Source: Eledone cirrhosa (taxonomy: Eukaryota). Taken from it: DNA of 64,000 bases. The notes under the pieces are model-generated. The model did not search any database and was not told the DNA's origin. It was given only the letters and a program-made list of their open reading frames with translations. This document shows positions 10,811-22,449 of this stretch, one piece after another. Position 1 is the first letter of the stretch. The number at the start of each line of letters is the position of its first letter. Location of the stretch: NCBI GenBank assembly GCA_964016885.1, contig OZ024741.1:102362001-102426000 (forward strand), written 5' to 3'. The translations under genes were made by a program, and so were the position numbers.

Positions 10811-13800
10811 TTACAGATATATACTCAGAGTAGGCCCATTCACTCGGGCCATTCTTGCTTCTCTCACCCATCTTTCAACAAAATGCTGGGAAGAGAGCAC
10901 TTCCCTCTCTACTCTGATTTTCCTTTTCAAATGAAATTTGAAAAAGTCAATCAGAGCATCACCGAAGAGGTAAGTGCTCGTCTTCAGCCCTTTCAAACGT
11001 GTCCACCATACTATCTCTTTCGCCATGGCCACCAGACAGATAAAAACTGCCTGCCCTTCCCGGCTAAAGGAGGAGGGCGGGGCAATCCTCACGATGGACT
11101 CAGATGATAGCCGGATCCGTCCTAAACGCGACAGCAGGTATTCGACATAAACCCACAAGTCAGCAATTTTCGGACACTGGACGAGTGCGTGCAGGACGGT
11201 TTCGTCGCCCTGCGCGCATCTCGGACATGCCCGGCTGACGGCACCTCCATGCCTGTAGAGTTTATCCCGAACTGGCAAGGCTCCTCGGTAGCACTGCCAG
11301 GCCAGAGATTTCTGGAAATTGTCCATAGGCCCTGGCCCGAAAGTTCTTCCGAAGAGATTGGCTAGTTGATTTTCGTCGACGCCTAGAGTTTCCCCAAGTA
11401 CGTCGTCGCTCTTCCCCTCCACTAATCCTCTATAGAACGCCGAGGTGGAGTTTCCACCGATCACATTGCCCGATTGGTCGAGGGCTGTGAGAGCCTGAAG
11501 ACATTCCAGTCTCCAGGCGCTCCCTCTCGGTCTTCGCTTGACCCAGGACTGCAGCTCCGTCAAGGAAACGAGCTGGGGAAAGACGTGTCTAGCAAACGGC
11601 GACCACACCTGATCACCGTCGAGGAAGAGGTGGAGATGTCGTAGCCTGAGCGCGTGTCTGCGAATCATCAGCCACGGCATGCCTAGCCCTCCACGTAGCG
11701 GGTGTTGACAACAGATGGACTGCCTGACCATCGGAGCGCGTCCCTTCCACAAAAAGCGAAAGAGGAAACGCTCCAGCGCAGTCAGGCGGGGCTTAGGACA
11801 AGGTACGACGGTCAGGCGGTAGCAGATGATAGACGCGATGTACGCGTTAGCCACCTCCGCTTGACCTTTCAGGGATAGCTTCCTCTCCGCCCATTTCTGG
11901 GTGAGAGAAGCCAACCTGCTCGTCACCTCGTCCCAAATTTTGTCTGTCTGGAGTTCCGGACCGAACCAGACCCCTAGCTATTTAACCGGTCCGTCCGTCC
12001 AGCGTCGGACGACGCTGTTGGACTGCACGGACCTGCCTCTCCAGGTGCCGAGCTGCATTCCCACTGACTTTTCCTGGTTGATCATTGCTCCTGTCACCGC
12101 TTCGTATTCTCTTAGTGTAGTGCCGATCGCCTCGATGTGTTTGGCGTTCGACACCACTACGGTGACATCGTCCGCATATGCTGACACGGATCTTCCGCAT
12201 CCTAGTTCGCGCGGGACGCTCTTCAACGTCTCCAGTTTGTGCAGTAATGGCTCGAGAGTCAATACGTACAAGAGAGACGAGAGGGGACATCCTTGGCGGA
12301 CCGAGCGCATGATGTTGAACGGTTCCGAAAGGTGACCGTTCACTCTCACCACAGAGCAGATGTCGCTGTGCATGGCAGCGATCCAGCCTCTGAAGACGGG
12401 CCCAAAGCCAGCCGCCCTCAGGACTGCCGCTAGGTAACGATGATCGACCCTATCGAAAGCTTTCGACTGATTTAAATTGATCAAGGACCCACCCGTGCCA
12501 GGTTCCCTAGCTACCCTCTCTACGATGTATCGCATGAGGTGGAGGTTGTCGTGGATGGATCTGTCGGTAATGGCGCATGTCTGCGCCTCTCCCACCAGAC
12601 CACCAACGACAAGCGCCAACCTCTTTGCTAGCACCTTGGCCAAAATCTTGAACTCTGTGTTTAGCAGAGTTATGGGCCTGAAATTATCTATGTTATCCCC
12701 CTTGTTCGGATCCTTTCTCAGCAGCGCCTACGCTCCTCGGCTCACAGAGCTGCAAATTCTCCCGTGCTGTTGCCAGTTGCAGTAGACGTCCGCCAAGAGG
12801 CCTCCGAACAAGTCTGGCATTTGTACGTAAAGTTCATAGGACAGACCATCAAAACCTGGCGATTTTCCCCTTGTGCAGCCAGTCATTGCCTCCCGTACTT
12901 CAGCGGCTGCTATCGGCCTTTCTCAGTGGCCGAGACCTGCGGTAGTCCGTCGAGGTAGATACTAAAGCCCATCCCTTGATCCGGCCCGCCGCTGCCCCCG
13001 AACAGTTGAGCGAAGTGTCGCTGAAAAGCTTCACACATTTGCCCGGGATCCAGTAGCATGCGCCCGTTGTGGTCCACCAAAGACCGGATCGTGGCTTTGT
13101 TGCCACGACGCGCCTCCGCCACTCAGGCCCATTGAACGGCTTTCGTCCCCTCGTGTCTGAGAGCACGCACCCTAGCTCTGACAACGCAGCCTTCGTGCTT
13201 CCATTGAAGAATTGGTCAAGGGCCTATTTTGCCGCAAGTTCCTCTGTCGCAATGCCTTTGCTAAGCGCCTCGTCTAATTTTCTAACTAGTTCGCCCTCTG
13301 CTCTATTTTTCTCTATTGCTAAAGTCTTACTAAACCTAATGGACACTATTCCAATCGCTCTTTTCAGAGCAAACCACCACTTGTTGTTGACGATGACCCC
13401 GTCAACGCTCGCTTAACTAGTTCGCTAATCCGGTCTCTGTACCTACCCCTTGCGCGCTGGTACAGGACGCGTTTAGCTTCCAGTAGCCGGGTCCTCGTCT
13501 ATGAAGCCTATCTAAGTCAAGCACACTGATCACGAATTTGTGGTCCGTGTAGCTGACTATCTTGAATTGTGGACAGCTTATGCTAGACCTATCTATTTCC
13601 CTACAAAATTCTCTATCTAGTTATGATCTGGATGACCCTATGCGATTTGTCCAAGTCCACATTGGCACATTCGGGAAATCCAATCAGTACCTGTCAGACA
13701 GTTCAAAACGCCTGAGCAGGTTGGTGAGGCTCTTTCACCCTCCTCCCCTATCCGCTAATCCCACACAGTCACAGCGTGCATCTAAGATCCCGTTCCAGTC

Positions 13801-14221
13801 GCCCACTAACACTAAAGAGCGGGACGTTCCTAGAAAGGTCTCCAGACGCCGGAAGAAATCAGGCCGCCCTGCTCCTGTCGGGGCATAGACGGCCACTAGC
13901 CTGAAAGCTTGCCCTTCTCCGCTGGTCACGTCCAGCACCACCAACTTACCTTCTGGGTCCAGGAAGATGGCCCGTATGGCGAGATCCAAACCTCTCCGAA
14001 AAAGCACAGCAACTCCACCCCCCCGATCCAGGACGGCTAGGAGATGCGTACACATCGTAACCGACGAAGATCAGTGCGAAGGCCCGTGCTTCGGAGATTC
14101 TGGTCTCGCTGATGGCCACTAGATCTATGTTTAGTGACCTGAGGTCGTTGAGCAGGTGTCCCTGCTTCAATGACGACCCCAAGCCACGGGCATTTATGCT
14201 GCCTATTCTGAGTGAGGTCAT
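10811..14221 (-). pseudogene. Disrupted ORF2 (APE-RT-CCHC) of Tx1 copy B
   Basis: Fragments 13946..14221, 13735..14055, 12910..13122, 11978..12643 and 10811..11926 are collinear with copy A ORF2 (SINARGL, GDWN, SKAFDRVDH, AYADD, CPRC..H...C). Confidence 0.92.
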
Positions 14222-14255
14222 GTTGAAATGGAGTGGAAAAGATGGGAAAGACCAC

Positions 14256-16341
14256 TTACCTTACTTCTCGCAGAGGAAGGATGGTTTCACCATCCCTTTT
14301 CACTTGATCGTCTGGTGAAGGGACCGTTGTATCGCCCCTTCGGCTGGTCGTCGGCTCTTCTGTGAGTATATCCGAATATACACTCCGGTTGATTGTCCCT
14401 CCTAGGTCTCTGTAAACACCAACTGCGTTGGGGAATTTCGTTTTAATGTTTGTGTATTGTTTCTGTGCTATTTTTACCAGTCTTATGTTCGCTGGTGTTT
14501 TGATTGGTGCCGGTATTATGTAGTCGTGCTGTGAAATGTCTGTGTGTTCAATTATGTAAGTCATTAATTTCTTGTTGTGTGTATTTATTGCTGTGCATTT
14601 GTTTTTCTGGGGGTGGGGTGTGGTTCTGCTATTTTCTTGTCGTTGTTGCTGGGTGTGTGTGTTTTGTTGTGTTTGCGATGTTGGTGCTTGTGGTGGTGGT
14701 GTTGAAGGTGTTGTTGTTGGCGGTGGGGTTGCCGCCGGTGGTGATGGTGGTGCTAGTGTTGGTGTTGGTGTTGTTGCTGCTGTAAATCTTTTTACAGTAG
14801 CCTTTACCCTTTTTTTCGTTTCTTTCCTCCCTTTCGAAGGCGACGATGCGCTGCTTCTGCGTTTGTGCCTGCTTGCGACCTTTTGCCATCCCTCTCCCAC
14901 CTCACACTCCATGTCCGATTGTGTGAGGTCGGGGAGGGGTACCAGCTCCACCATTTCACTTGTTGTTGTTGGTGATGTTTGCAGTGGAGTCTCTGTTGCA
15001 GCTGCAGTTGGTATTGCTGTTGTTGTTGTTAATACTTCCACTGCTGCTGCTGTTCTTGATTTCCGTGGCGTGGGTATGGGTGCCACGGACCTATCCTTCC
15101 TGGTTGCCGCCTGTCCTGTTGCTGGTAGCAGTGGAGCCGGTTTCGGAAGGTGTGTTCTCATTGCAGAAGGCCCTGTGGTGAGTCTTCGATCCACAGCGAA
15201 AGCATTTCGGGCGTTTGCCCTCAACACTTATGGGCAGTTGAGTGCCGTTATCGAAGTCTATCACATCCGGGATAGCTTCGATGCACTCCTGGTTGGTTTG
15301 GATTAACATCTCAATGGAGGTGGCGACCCAATCTTCTCGTACTTTTTTCTGTACTTGCAGTTGCAGTACAGTTGTTTTATCCTCGATTCCGACGAGGACA
15401 GACGCGGCCAGCCAAGAAGGGGCCATCCCGGGGGGTACGTGGGTTAGTTTGACCCTCACAATTTTTTGTCTGCAGTAGGAGGGCACCAACACCATTTCCT
15501 CACTCCTTAGGGTCACTAAGGATTGAGCCTTTGCCTCCTGCGGTGTGGCAAAAAGCACGTCCACGGTGGCATATTTCTTGCCTCGGGTGATATGCGTTTT
15601 CCGCTGCTACACAGACCCTAAGGCTTTTTGTATTTGAACCTCTGTGGCCCTTTCAACCCTACGGGATTTTGTGCTTACTGTAGGGTACGTGACCGTACAG
15701 TGCTGTTGGGTTTCGAAAAAATTTTCGGCTGCCTTACAGATTGCTCGGTGTCCTGTTTTCGTCACCATCTTCTTTGCTTCCTGTAATTCCTCATTTGTTA
15801 TAAGGATGGTTTCCAGGTTCTTTGCGATACCTGCAAACGAGATTGGTTTTTCTTTGTTGTTGTTGTCGTTGTCGTCATCAGAGCTGCTGTTACTTTTGTT
15901 GTTGCTGCTGGTACTACGACTGCCGCCGCTGTTGCTGTGGTTGTTGTTGTTGTTGCTGCTGCTACTGCTGTTGTTGTTGCTGTTGCTGCTAATGCTGTTG
16001 TTGTTTATGCTGCTGCTGATGCTGTTGCGGCTGCTACTGTTGTTTTCCTTGTCACTGTTGCTGCTGCTGCTGTTATTACGACTGCTACTGCTATTATTCA
16101 TGACGTCAGACGAACGAAATGGGTTTTCGTATTTACCGCACACCTTTTTCGTTGTTGTTGTCGTCGTGGAGAAATGTTCCACGTTTTGCACGTGATTTTG
16201 GAAACTATTTTTCTTTACTGGCGTCGCTTGCGAAAGAGAAGGGAGGGAGAGAGACAATCTTCTCTCTGGTGTAGTGACGATTGAGGAAGAAGAAGACGGA
16301 ACGAGTGGGAGTGACTTGTGAAAATTATTTTTTGTAGCCAT
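14256..16341 (-). pseudogene. Disrupted ORF1 of Tx1 copy B
   Basis: Fragments 15607..16377 (MATKNN..., N/S tract), 15091..15564 (CFRCGSKTHHRAFC knuckle) and 14256..15227. Confidence 0.8.
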
Positions 16342-16559
16342 GTTTTTGGGGGGGGGTTTAAAATAAATATTGGGCACAACACCCCAATAAGCGGTTATTT
16401 AACTCCAAAGGGCCAAATAACGGGCAGAAAGACCCCTTTCACGAGGAGGAGGGTGTTTTTGTCTACAATTTGGTTAAAGTTTTAAACAATTTACAATTGT
16501 TATAGCGGTTAAAATTTAAAATACCTTACAGAGCCGAGCCTCCGTCAACCATGGCATTC

Positions 16560-16603
<44 letters not shown>

Positions 16604-16604
<1 letters not shown>

Positions 16605-16783
16605 TGTGTCTACTTTTGGCACAAGGCCAGCAATTATTCCAGTACATTACTGGTACTTTATTTTATCGACCTCGTAAGGATGAAAGGCAAAGTTAACCTC
16701 GACGGGGTTTGAACTCAGATCATAAAGGGACGTAACTATGCTACAAAGCATGGTGTCCAACCCTCTACTGATACTGCCAATCC
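16604..16783 (-). mobile_element. tRNA-derived SINE, internally deleted variant, embedded in (AAT)n
   Basis: TCTACTTTTGGCACAAGGCCAGCAATTATTCCAGT...ACTGGTACTTTATTTTATCGACC...GGATGAAAGGCAAAG...TTTGAACTCAGA. B box GAGTTCAAA on the - strand. Confidence 0.88.
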
Positions 16784-16843
<60 letters not shown>

Positions 16844-16860
16844 CATAATAATAATAATAA

Positions 16861-17030
16861 AAGAAAATTGGCCCCGCCACGCTTTTTGGAACGCTTCAAA
16901 AGGCATGCTTCCTGGGAACAGCAAGAACCCTCCGATACGTCCTGAATATCTGAGGCTGCAGGTAGTGGCTTGATATTCATTTCAACAAACTTTCCAGTTA
17001 ACTAACATCAATGACTGAGACTCAAAGAAC
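16861..17030 (+). mobile_element. 5'-truncated R4/Dong-type copy (3' 170 bp of family A)
   Basis: Matches about 21733-21900 (GTLQKACxLGTARTLRYVLNI* plus 3'UTR). Flanked by (AAT)n. Confidence 0.9.
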
Positions 17031-17060
17031 AATAATAATAATAATAATAATAATAATAAT

Positions 17061-17278
17061 CCGATTGTCATAGGCGCACTAGGTACTATCTCAAAGAGTT
17101 TCTAAGGATGGTTAAAGAAAATTGGTCCCGCCCCGCTTTTTGGAACACTTCAAAAGGCATGCTTGCTGGGAACAGCAAGAACCCTCCGATACGTCCTGAA
17201 TATCTGAGGCTGCCGGTAGCGGCGTGACATTCATTTCAACAAACTTTCCAGTTAAATAACATCAATGACTGAGACTCA

Positions 17279-17280
<2 letters not shown>
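17061..17280 (+). mobile_element. 5'-truncated R4/Dong-type copy (3' 220 bp of family A)
   Basis: Matches about 21679-21898 from PIVIGALG onward. Flanked by (AAT)n. Confidence 0.9.
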
Positions 17281-17368
<88 letters not shown>

Positions 17369-17370
17369 AA

Positions 17371-20300
17371 GGGAAGAAGACGCACGAGGTGACGGAGGTC
17401 ATGAAATCGCTCCCGTAAGTTTTGAATTTTTAACATATTTAAATCATTTGTGAAATAACAACTCTTAGTACAAATGCTACGTAAAGCACCCGGCTTGAGC
17501 CCCCAAAAAATTCAGACCCAAAATATATTATTATAAGGCTCAAATATTCAAATATTCAACTTTGTATTGTACACTGTATATCCAAAAAAGAAAATGGCTA
17601 TAAATGGAAGAAGAACCCCCCCCCTCCTCTCCTCTGTCTACACTATATAGGACAGCCAAACTCACCAACACCAGAAACTAGATACACCACCCACCCCATC
17701 ATCTGTGTACACTAAACACAACAGCCAGATAACGGCATTTTCAACCGCTCACTACGGCCATCATTACCACCATTATCCCATCACCGCCGCCACCACCCCT
17801 TCACTCCTTCACTGCTGCCACCGCTACAGCACCATCACTACAGTAATACGGTCACATCACCGCCACCACTGCCTCGGTATCGACATCACCACCACCACTG
17901 TCTCAGTATCGCTACCGCCGCCAGTCTCCCACTTCTCCCTGCTGGCTGCTACTTCCACATTATAGAATTCCTACTACTAACAAAGAGGAAGGCATCAAAA
18001 TATATAGATAGACTCAAAAGAAAAAAGAAAAAACAAACAACAAAACCAAAGCAGCACAGCAACAACAGCAAAAACGAGAAAAACAAACAGAGAAAAACAA
18101 AAACAAAAAAAGAAACCCCCAAAACGTAAAGAAAATAAGAATGAAGAGAGAAGCAGGCGGACGGACAGAGAAGAGGGGGGAAAAACTAAAACTTAAAAAA
18201 CAAAAACTAAGTCAGACATTCGAACACTACATTACAATGAAACTTATGCTTATTCATTTTTGGGGCCCTTTCTGCCTGTGTGTTTGTTTGTTTATGTGTG
18301 TTCGTATACAGCGTGGTGATAATGCCACACAAGAGCCAAGTGGGATGGCGGATCCACAGATGGCTATGTAACCATACATTCGCCAATCCTCGATAAGAGT
18401 GTTTAAATATCGAACATAAACAGTTCGAATAACGGTGAAATGGAGACTAGAACGTCATGTGACAGACTCTCACCCAACAGGTGCCCCCTGGCTCAGTAGC
18501 AGGAACCTGACTGTCAACCAAATACTGCTGATGTTGGAGGAAGAAGAAGAAGGAAAGGGGCCAGAACCAACTGGACGAAAGAATTGAATAGAACTGTTAT
18601 GCAATGCTACCTGAAAAGTAACCCCAAGGAGAGGGGCTACAGGAGACGGATGCATAACATCTGGAACGAGATTGGTTTATTTAAATTAGATGAACAAAAA
18701 TTGGCCGGGCAGGCTCGGGTAATAAGAACTAATGGGTGGATAAGCGAGCTGGAACTGGAGGAACTGAGCAGAGAGAATGGCTTGGAGATGGCGGGTGTAG
18801 TATGCCAGACAAGCGAGCCAGTGGGAAATGAAGGTGAAGAGGTCCTGAGAACGGAGGAACCACCCGAAGCAGACAATGATCTGAATACTGAGATAAATAA
18901 TACCTGGAACAGAGATACGGCCACTGAGGAGATGAATGCTGACGGGCTAGGACAAGATTCGGTTGACATCCTGTGGTAGATGAATTGAACAATGATAGTG
19001 GGAGACCTATGAACCTAAGATTTGTAGACAGGAAAAAGTTAAAAGAAACAACAGCTAAGGTAAACAAAGTCATCCCATACCTTGAGGCGAGGAGCCTTCA
19101 CCAGTGCAACAATATCCTCAAAGCAACAGCAAATACGGTGAGGAAACTACTTGGTATAAAAGCGAGAGGAAACAACAGACAAGAAAGAGCAGAGCCGTGG
19201 TGGAAGAAGCGACTGAGTGGGCAAATCGGGGAAATGAGAAATGACATAGGAAAGCTTGAGTCACTACTGAATGGGACACTAAAAAATATAGGCACTAAAA
19301 ATAGACTGGAAATAAAATACAAAACTAGGAGTAAAAAGCTAAATATTATCATAGAGGAATTGAAGCAACGCATTGTAGCAAAGAATGCAAAAATCAGGCG
19401 ATACGAGAACAGAGTCAGTCAGTATAAACAGAACCGCATGTTCGACAACAACCAGAAGATGCTGTTTGGACAGCTTGAGGGGAAAGAAAGAGGCAACGAC
19501 TTGATCCCTGGGGCGGAACAAACTAAAACATTCTGGAGAGGAATATGGGAGCAGGATGTTAGACATAATGCCCAGGCAGGGTGGATTGAGACAGTACAGA
19601 GGGAGATCGGTGAGCAGGCACAACAACAAACTGATTTGAGTATCACAGTTGAAACTCTTAAGGGGCAGGCCAAAAAACTAACCAACTGGAGATCACCAGG
19701 CCCAGATGGTGTGCAGGGGTATTGGATTAAACATTTAACATCCCTCCACCCGAAGCTGACGGCCATGTTCAATGACTGCTTGGTGTCGGGTGAGGTGCCA
19801 GAGTGGTTGACAAAAGGTACCACAGTTCTGATAATGAAAGACCGAATCAAGGGTAATGATGTTACCAACTATAGACCTATCACATGTCTGTCCGTAATGT
19901 GGAAACTGTTGACGAGCATTGTGTCTGAGGAAATCTACCATCACCCCCACACAAACAACTTGCTACCGGACGAACAGAAAGGATGCCGAAAGAAGTCACG
20001 TGGTACAAAGGACCAGTTACTTATTGATAAGATGGTAATGGGGAATTGCAGGAGGAGACACACTGATCTTGCCATGGGATGGATAGACTACAGAAAGGCA
20101 TTTGACATGGTGCCTCATTCTTGGATCACCAAAAGCCTGGAGATCTTCAGGGTGGCAGATAACATCAGACAGTTGCTGGGCAGGAGTATGGGGTCCTGGG
20201 AGACAGAGTTGACATCAACTGGAGTATCCTTGGGAAGCGTGAAGATCAAGAGAGGTATCTTCCAGGGAGATAGCCTGTCCCCTCTGTTGTTTGTCCTTGC

Positions 20301-21900
20301 CCTAATGCCCTTGACCATTATGCTGCGAAAAGTGAGAGCAGGATACAAGTTGGGAAGGGGAGAGCTTACCATCAATCACCTCCTCTTCATGGACGATCTT
20401 AAGCTCTTCGGGAAAAGTGAGAAGGAGTTGGATGTGCTTGTTGACACTGTCCGTATTTTCAGCAGTGATATATGTATGCAGTTTGGTATTGGTAAATGTG
20501 GAGTCATTGTGATGAGGAGGGGTAGGTTGAGCAGAAGTAGCGGGATCCAGATACCAACAGGTGAGATGATAAAGGAAATTGACTCTGAGGAAGGATACAA
20601 GTATTTGGGCGTTCTGGAGGCTGATGGCATAAAGAACAAAAAAATGAAGGAATTGTTAAGAACTGAATACATTCGGAGAGTAAGGAGCGTATTGAAGTCA
20701 CATCTGAACAGCAGAAATGCCATAAGCGCAGTAAATTCCCGAGCTGTGTCTATAATTAGGTACAGTGCGGGAATTCTGAGATGGAATGTTGCTGAACAAA
20801 AAGAAATGGATAGGAAGACTAGGAAGCTATTGACTATCTACAACATGTTCCACAAGAGGAGTGATGTCGATAGACTCTACCTAAGGAGATCTGAGGGTGG
20901 AAGAGGTCTTATCAGCATAGAGGACTGTGTTCAGATGGAGAAAAACAACCTATACAAATACGTGACCTATAGTAAGGAGCCAATGCTTAAAACTGTACTG
21001 AAGGAGGGGACAGTAGGCCAGGGGATGTCCAAGGAGGAAATAACATCAAGGAGGAAGAGCAGCCTTAAGGGAAAATCCCTTCATAGTACCTTCTTTGAGA
21101 AAACTGAATTTAGAGATCCACAGACATGGAACTGGTTGAGAAGAGGAGACCTCAAAAAGGCTACAGAAGGAATGATAATGGCTGCGCAGGAGTAGGCCCT
21201 CAAAACGAAGTGGTTGAAGCACCATATTTACAAGGAGGAGGCTAGCCCACTGTGCAGGATCTGTGGAGAGAGAGAGGAGACTGTGGCTCACATTGTGTCC
21301 GAGTGTAAACACCTAGCCCAGACCCACTATAAGGGCTGGAGACACGATGTGATGGGCAGGGTGATCCACTGGCACCTGTGCAAAGTAAACAATTTACCAC
21401 ATTCTGAGAAATGGTATGAGCATAGGCCAGAGGCGGTGATGGAGAACAATCAGGTGAAGGTGCTGTGGGATTTTAGGATACAGACGGACAAAAAACTGGA
21501 ACACAATAGACCTGACCTGGTGGTTGTGGACAAAGAAAAAAGATCGTGTCTGATTGTGGATGTGGCCTGCCCGTTCGACACGAGAGTGCAAGAGAAGGAG
21601 AGGGAGAAAATTAACCGATACCAGGACCTAAAGTGGGAGGTGAAAAGGATTTGGAACTGCCATGAAGTCAAAGTGATCCCGATTGTCATAGGCGCACTGG
21701 GGACTATCTCCAAAAGTTTCCAGGGATGGTTAAAGAAAATCGGCCCCTTCACGCTTTTTGGAACGCTTCAAAAGGCATGCTTGCTTGGAACAGCAAGAAC
21801 CCTCCGATACGTCCTGAATATCTGAGGCTGCAGGTAGTGGCTTGATATTCATTCCAACGGACTTTCCAGTTAACCAACATCAATGACTGAGATTCAAGGA
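17371..21900 (+). mobile_element. Full-length R4/Dong-clade non-LTR retrotransposon, family A
   Basis: About 1.07-kb leader, a single RT-CCHC-RLE frame and a short 3'UTR. Lies between (TAA)n(GAA)n and (AAT)n. Dong elements are known to target TAA repeats. Confidence 0.9.
18440..21825 (+). pseudogene. R4/Dong polyprotein (RT, CCHC finger, restriction-like endonuclease) with three lesions
   Basis: ATG at 18440, TAG near 18497, frameshift near 18975, TAG at 21193. Motifs YRPITCL, WIDYRKAFD, GIFQGDSLSP, FMDD, CRIC..ETVAHIVSEC, RHD, RPD..D..E.EK..Y. Confidence 0.9.
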
Positions 21901-21908
21901 ATAACAAC

Positions 21909-21940
<32 letters not shown>

Positions 21941-21943
<3 letters not shown>

Positions 21944-22418
21944 GAAAAATAGATGCAAATAGACCTGATATAATATTGAAGGACTTTCGAAAGAGGGTAT
22001 ACCTGCTAATTGATATGTCTGTTCCAATAGACAAGAATGTATTTATAAAAACATTTGAAAAATTGAGCAAGTATAAGGACCTGGAGATAGAAATTGGAAA
22101 AATGTGGAAATTGAGAACTAAAACAATACCAGTGGTTGTAGGCGCTCTGGGAATGATACCTAAGGGGTCTAATGATTACTTATCGCAAATCCCAGGAAAC
22201 CCGCGTATAGGAGAAATACAAAAGATAGTACTAATGGGAACTGCCCATATACTAAGGAAGATTCTGTCAATATAAGTACATCACAAGTCTAAACACTAAA
22301 GATGCATGTGTGAATATGTATGTTCTTTCTTGAACATGGCGGACCTTGTTGTCTCTTGAGGTCACTGGTTGTGACTTGGTGATAACTCGTATGAACATAA
22401 AGCAAGATAAATGCAACT

Positions 22419-22419
<1 letters not shown>
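21941..22419 (+). mobile_element. 5'-truncated R4/Dong-type copy of another family (RLE C-terminus plus 3'UTR)
   Basis: ANRPDIILKD...IDMSVP...EKLSKYKDLEIEI.KMW...IPVVVGALG...GTAHILRKILSI* at 22275. (AAT)n on both sides. Confidence 0.88.

Positions 22420-22449
<30 letters not shown>

Larger units (their letters stand above)
10563..16559 (-). mobile_element. Full-length but decayed L1/Tx1-clade LINE, copy B (related, distinct family)
   Basis: Same layout as copy A. 3' end CCCTTGTGGTTAATAAAGAAATCATTATT. (AAT)n on both sides. Confidence 0.92.

Noticed and set aside
5155-16284. Numerous + strand ORFs over the Tx1 elements
   Set aside because: Antisense shadows of GC-rich or low-complexity coding sequence, with no recognisable domains
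16700-16783. tRNA genes at SINE heads
   Set aside because: Only B-box-like remnants inside SINEs, with no cloverleaf
21193-21195. Programmed readthrough between RT and RLE in Dong-A
   Set aside because: TAG falls in the conserved AAQEQ motif (a simple CAG>TAG change), and the copy has two other lesions
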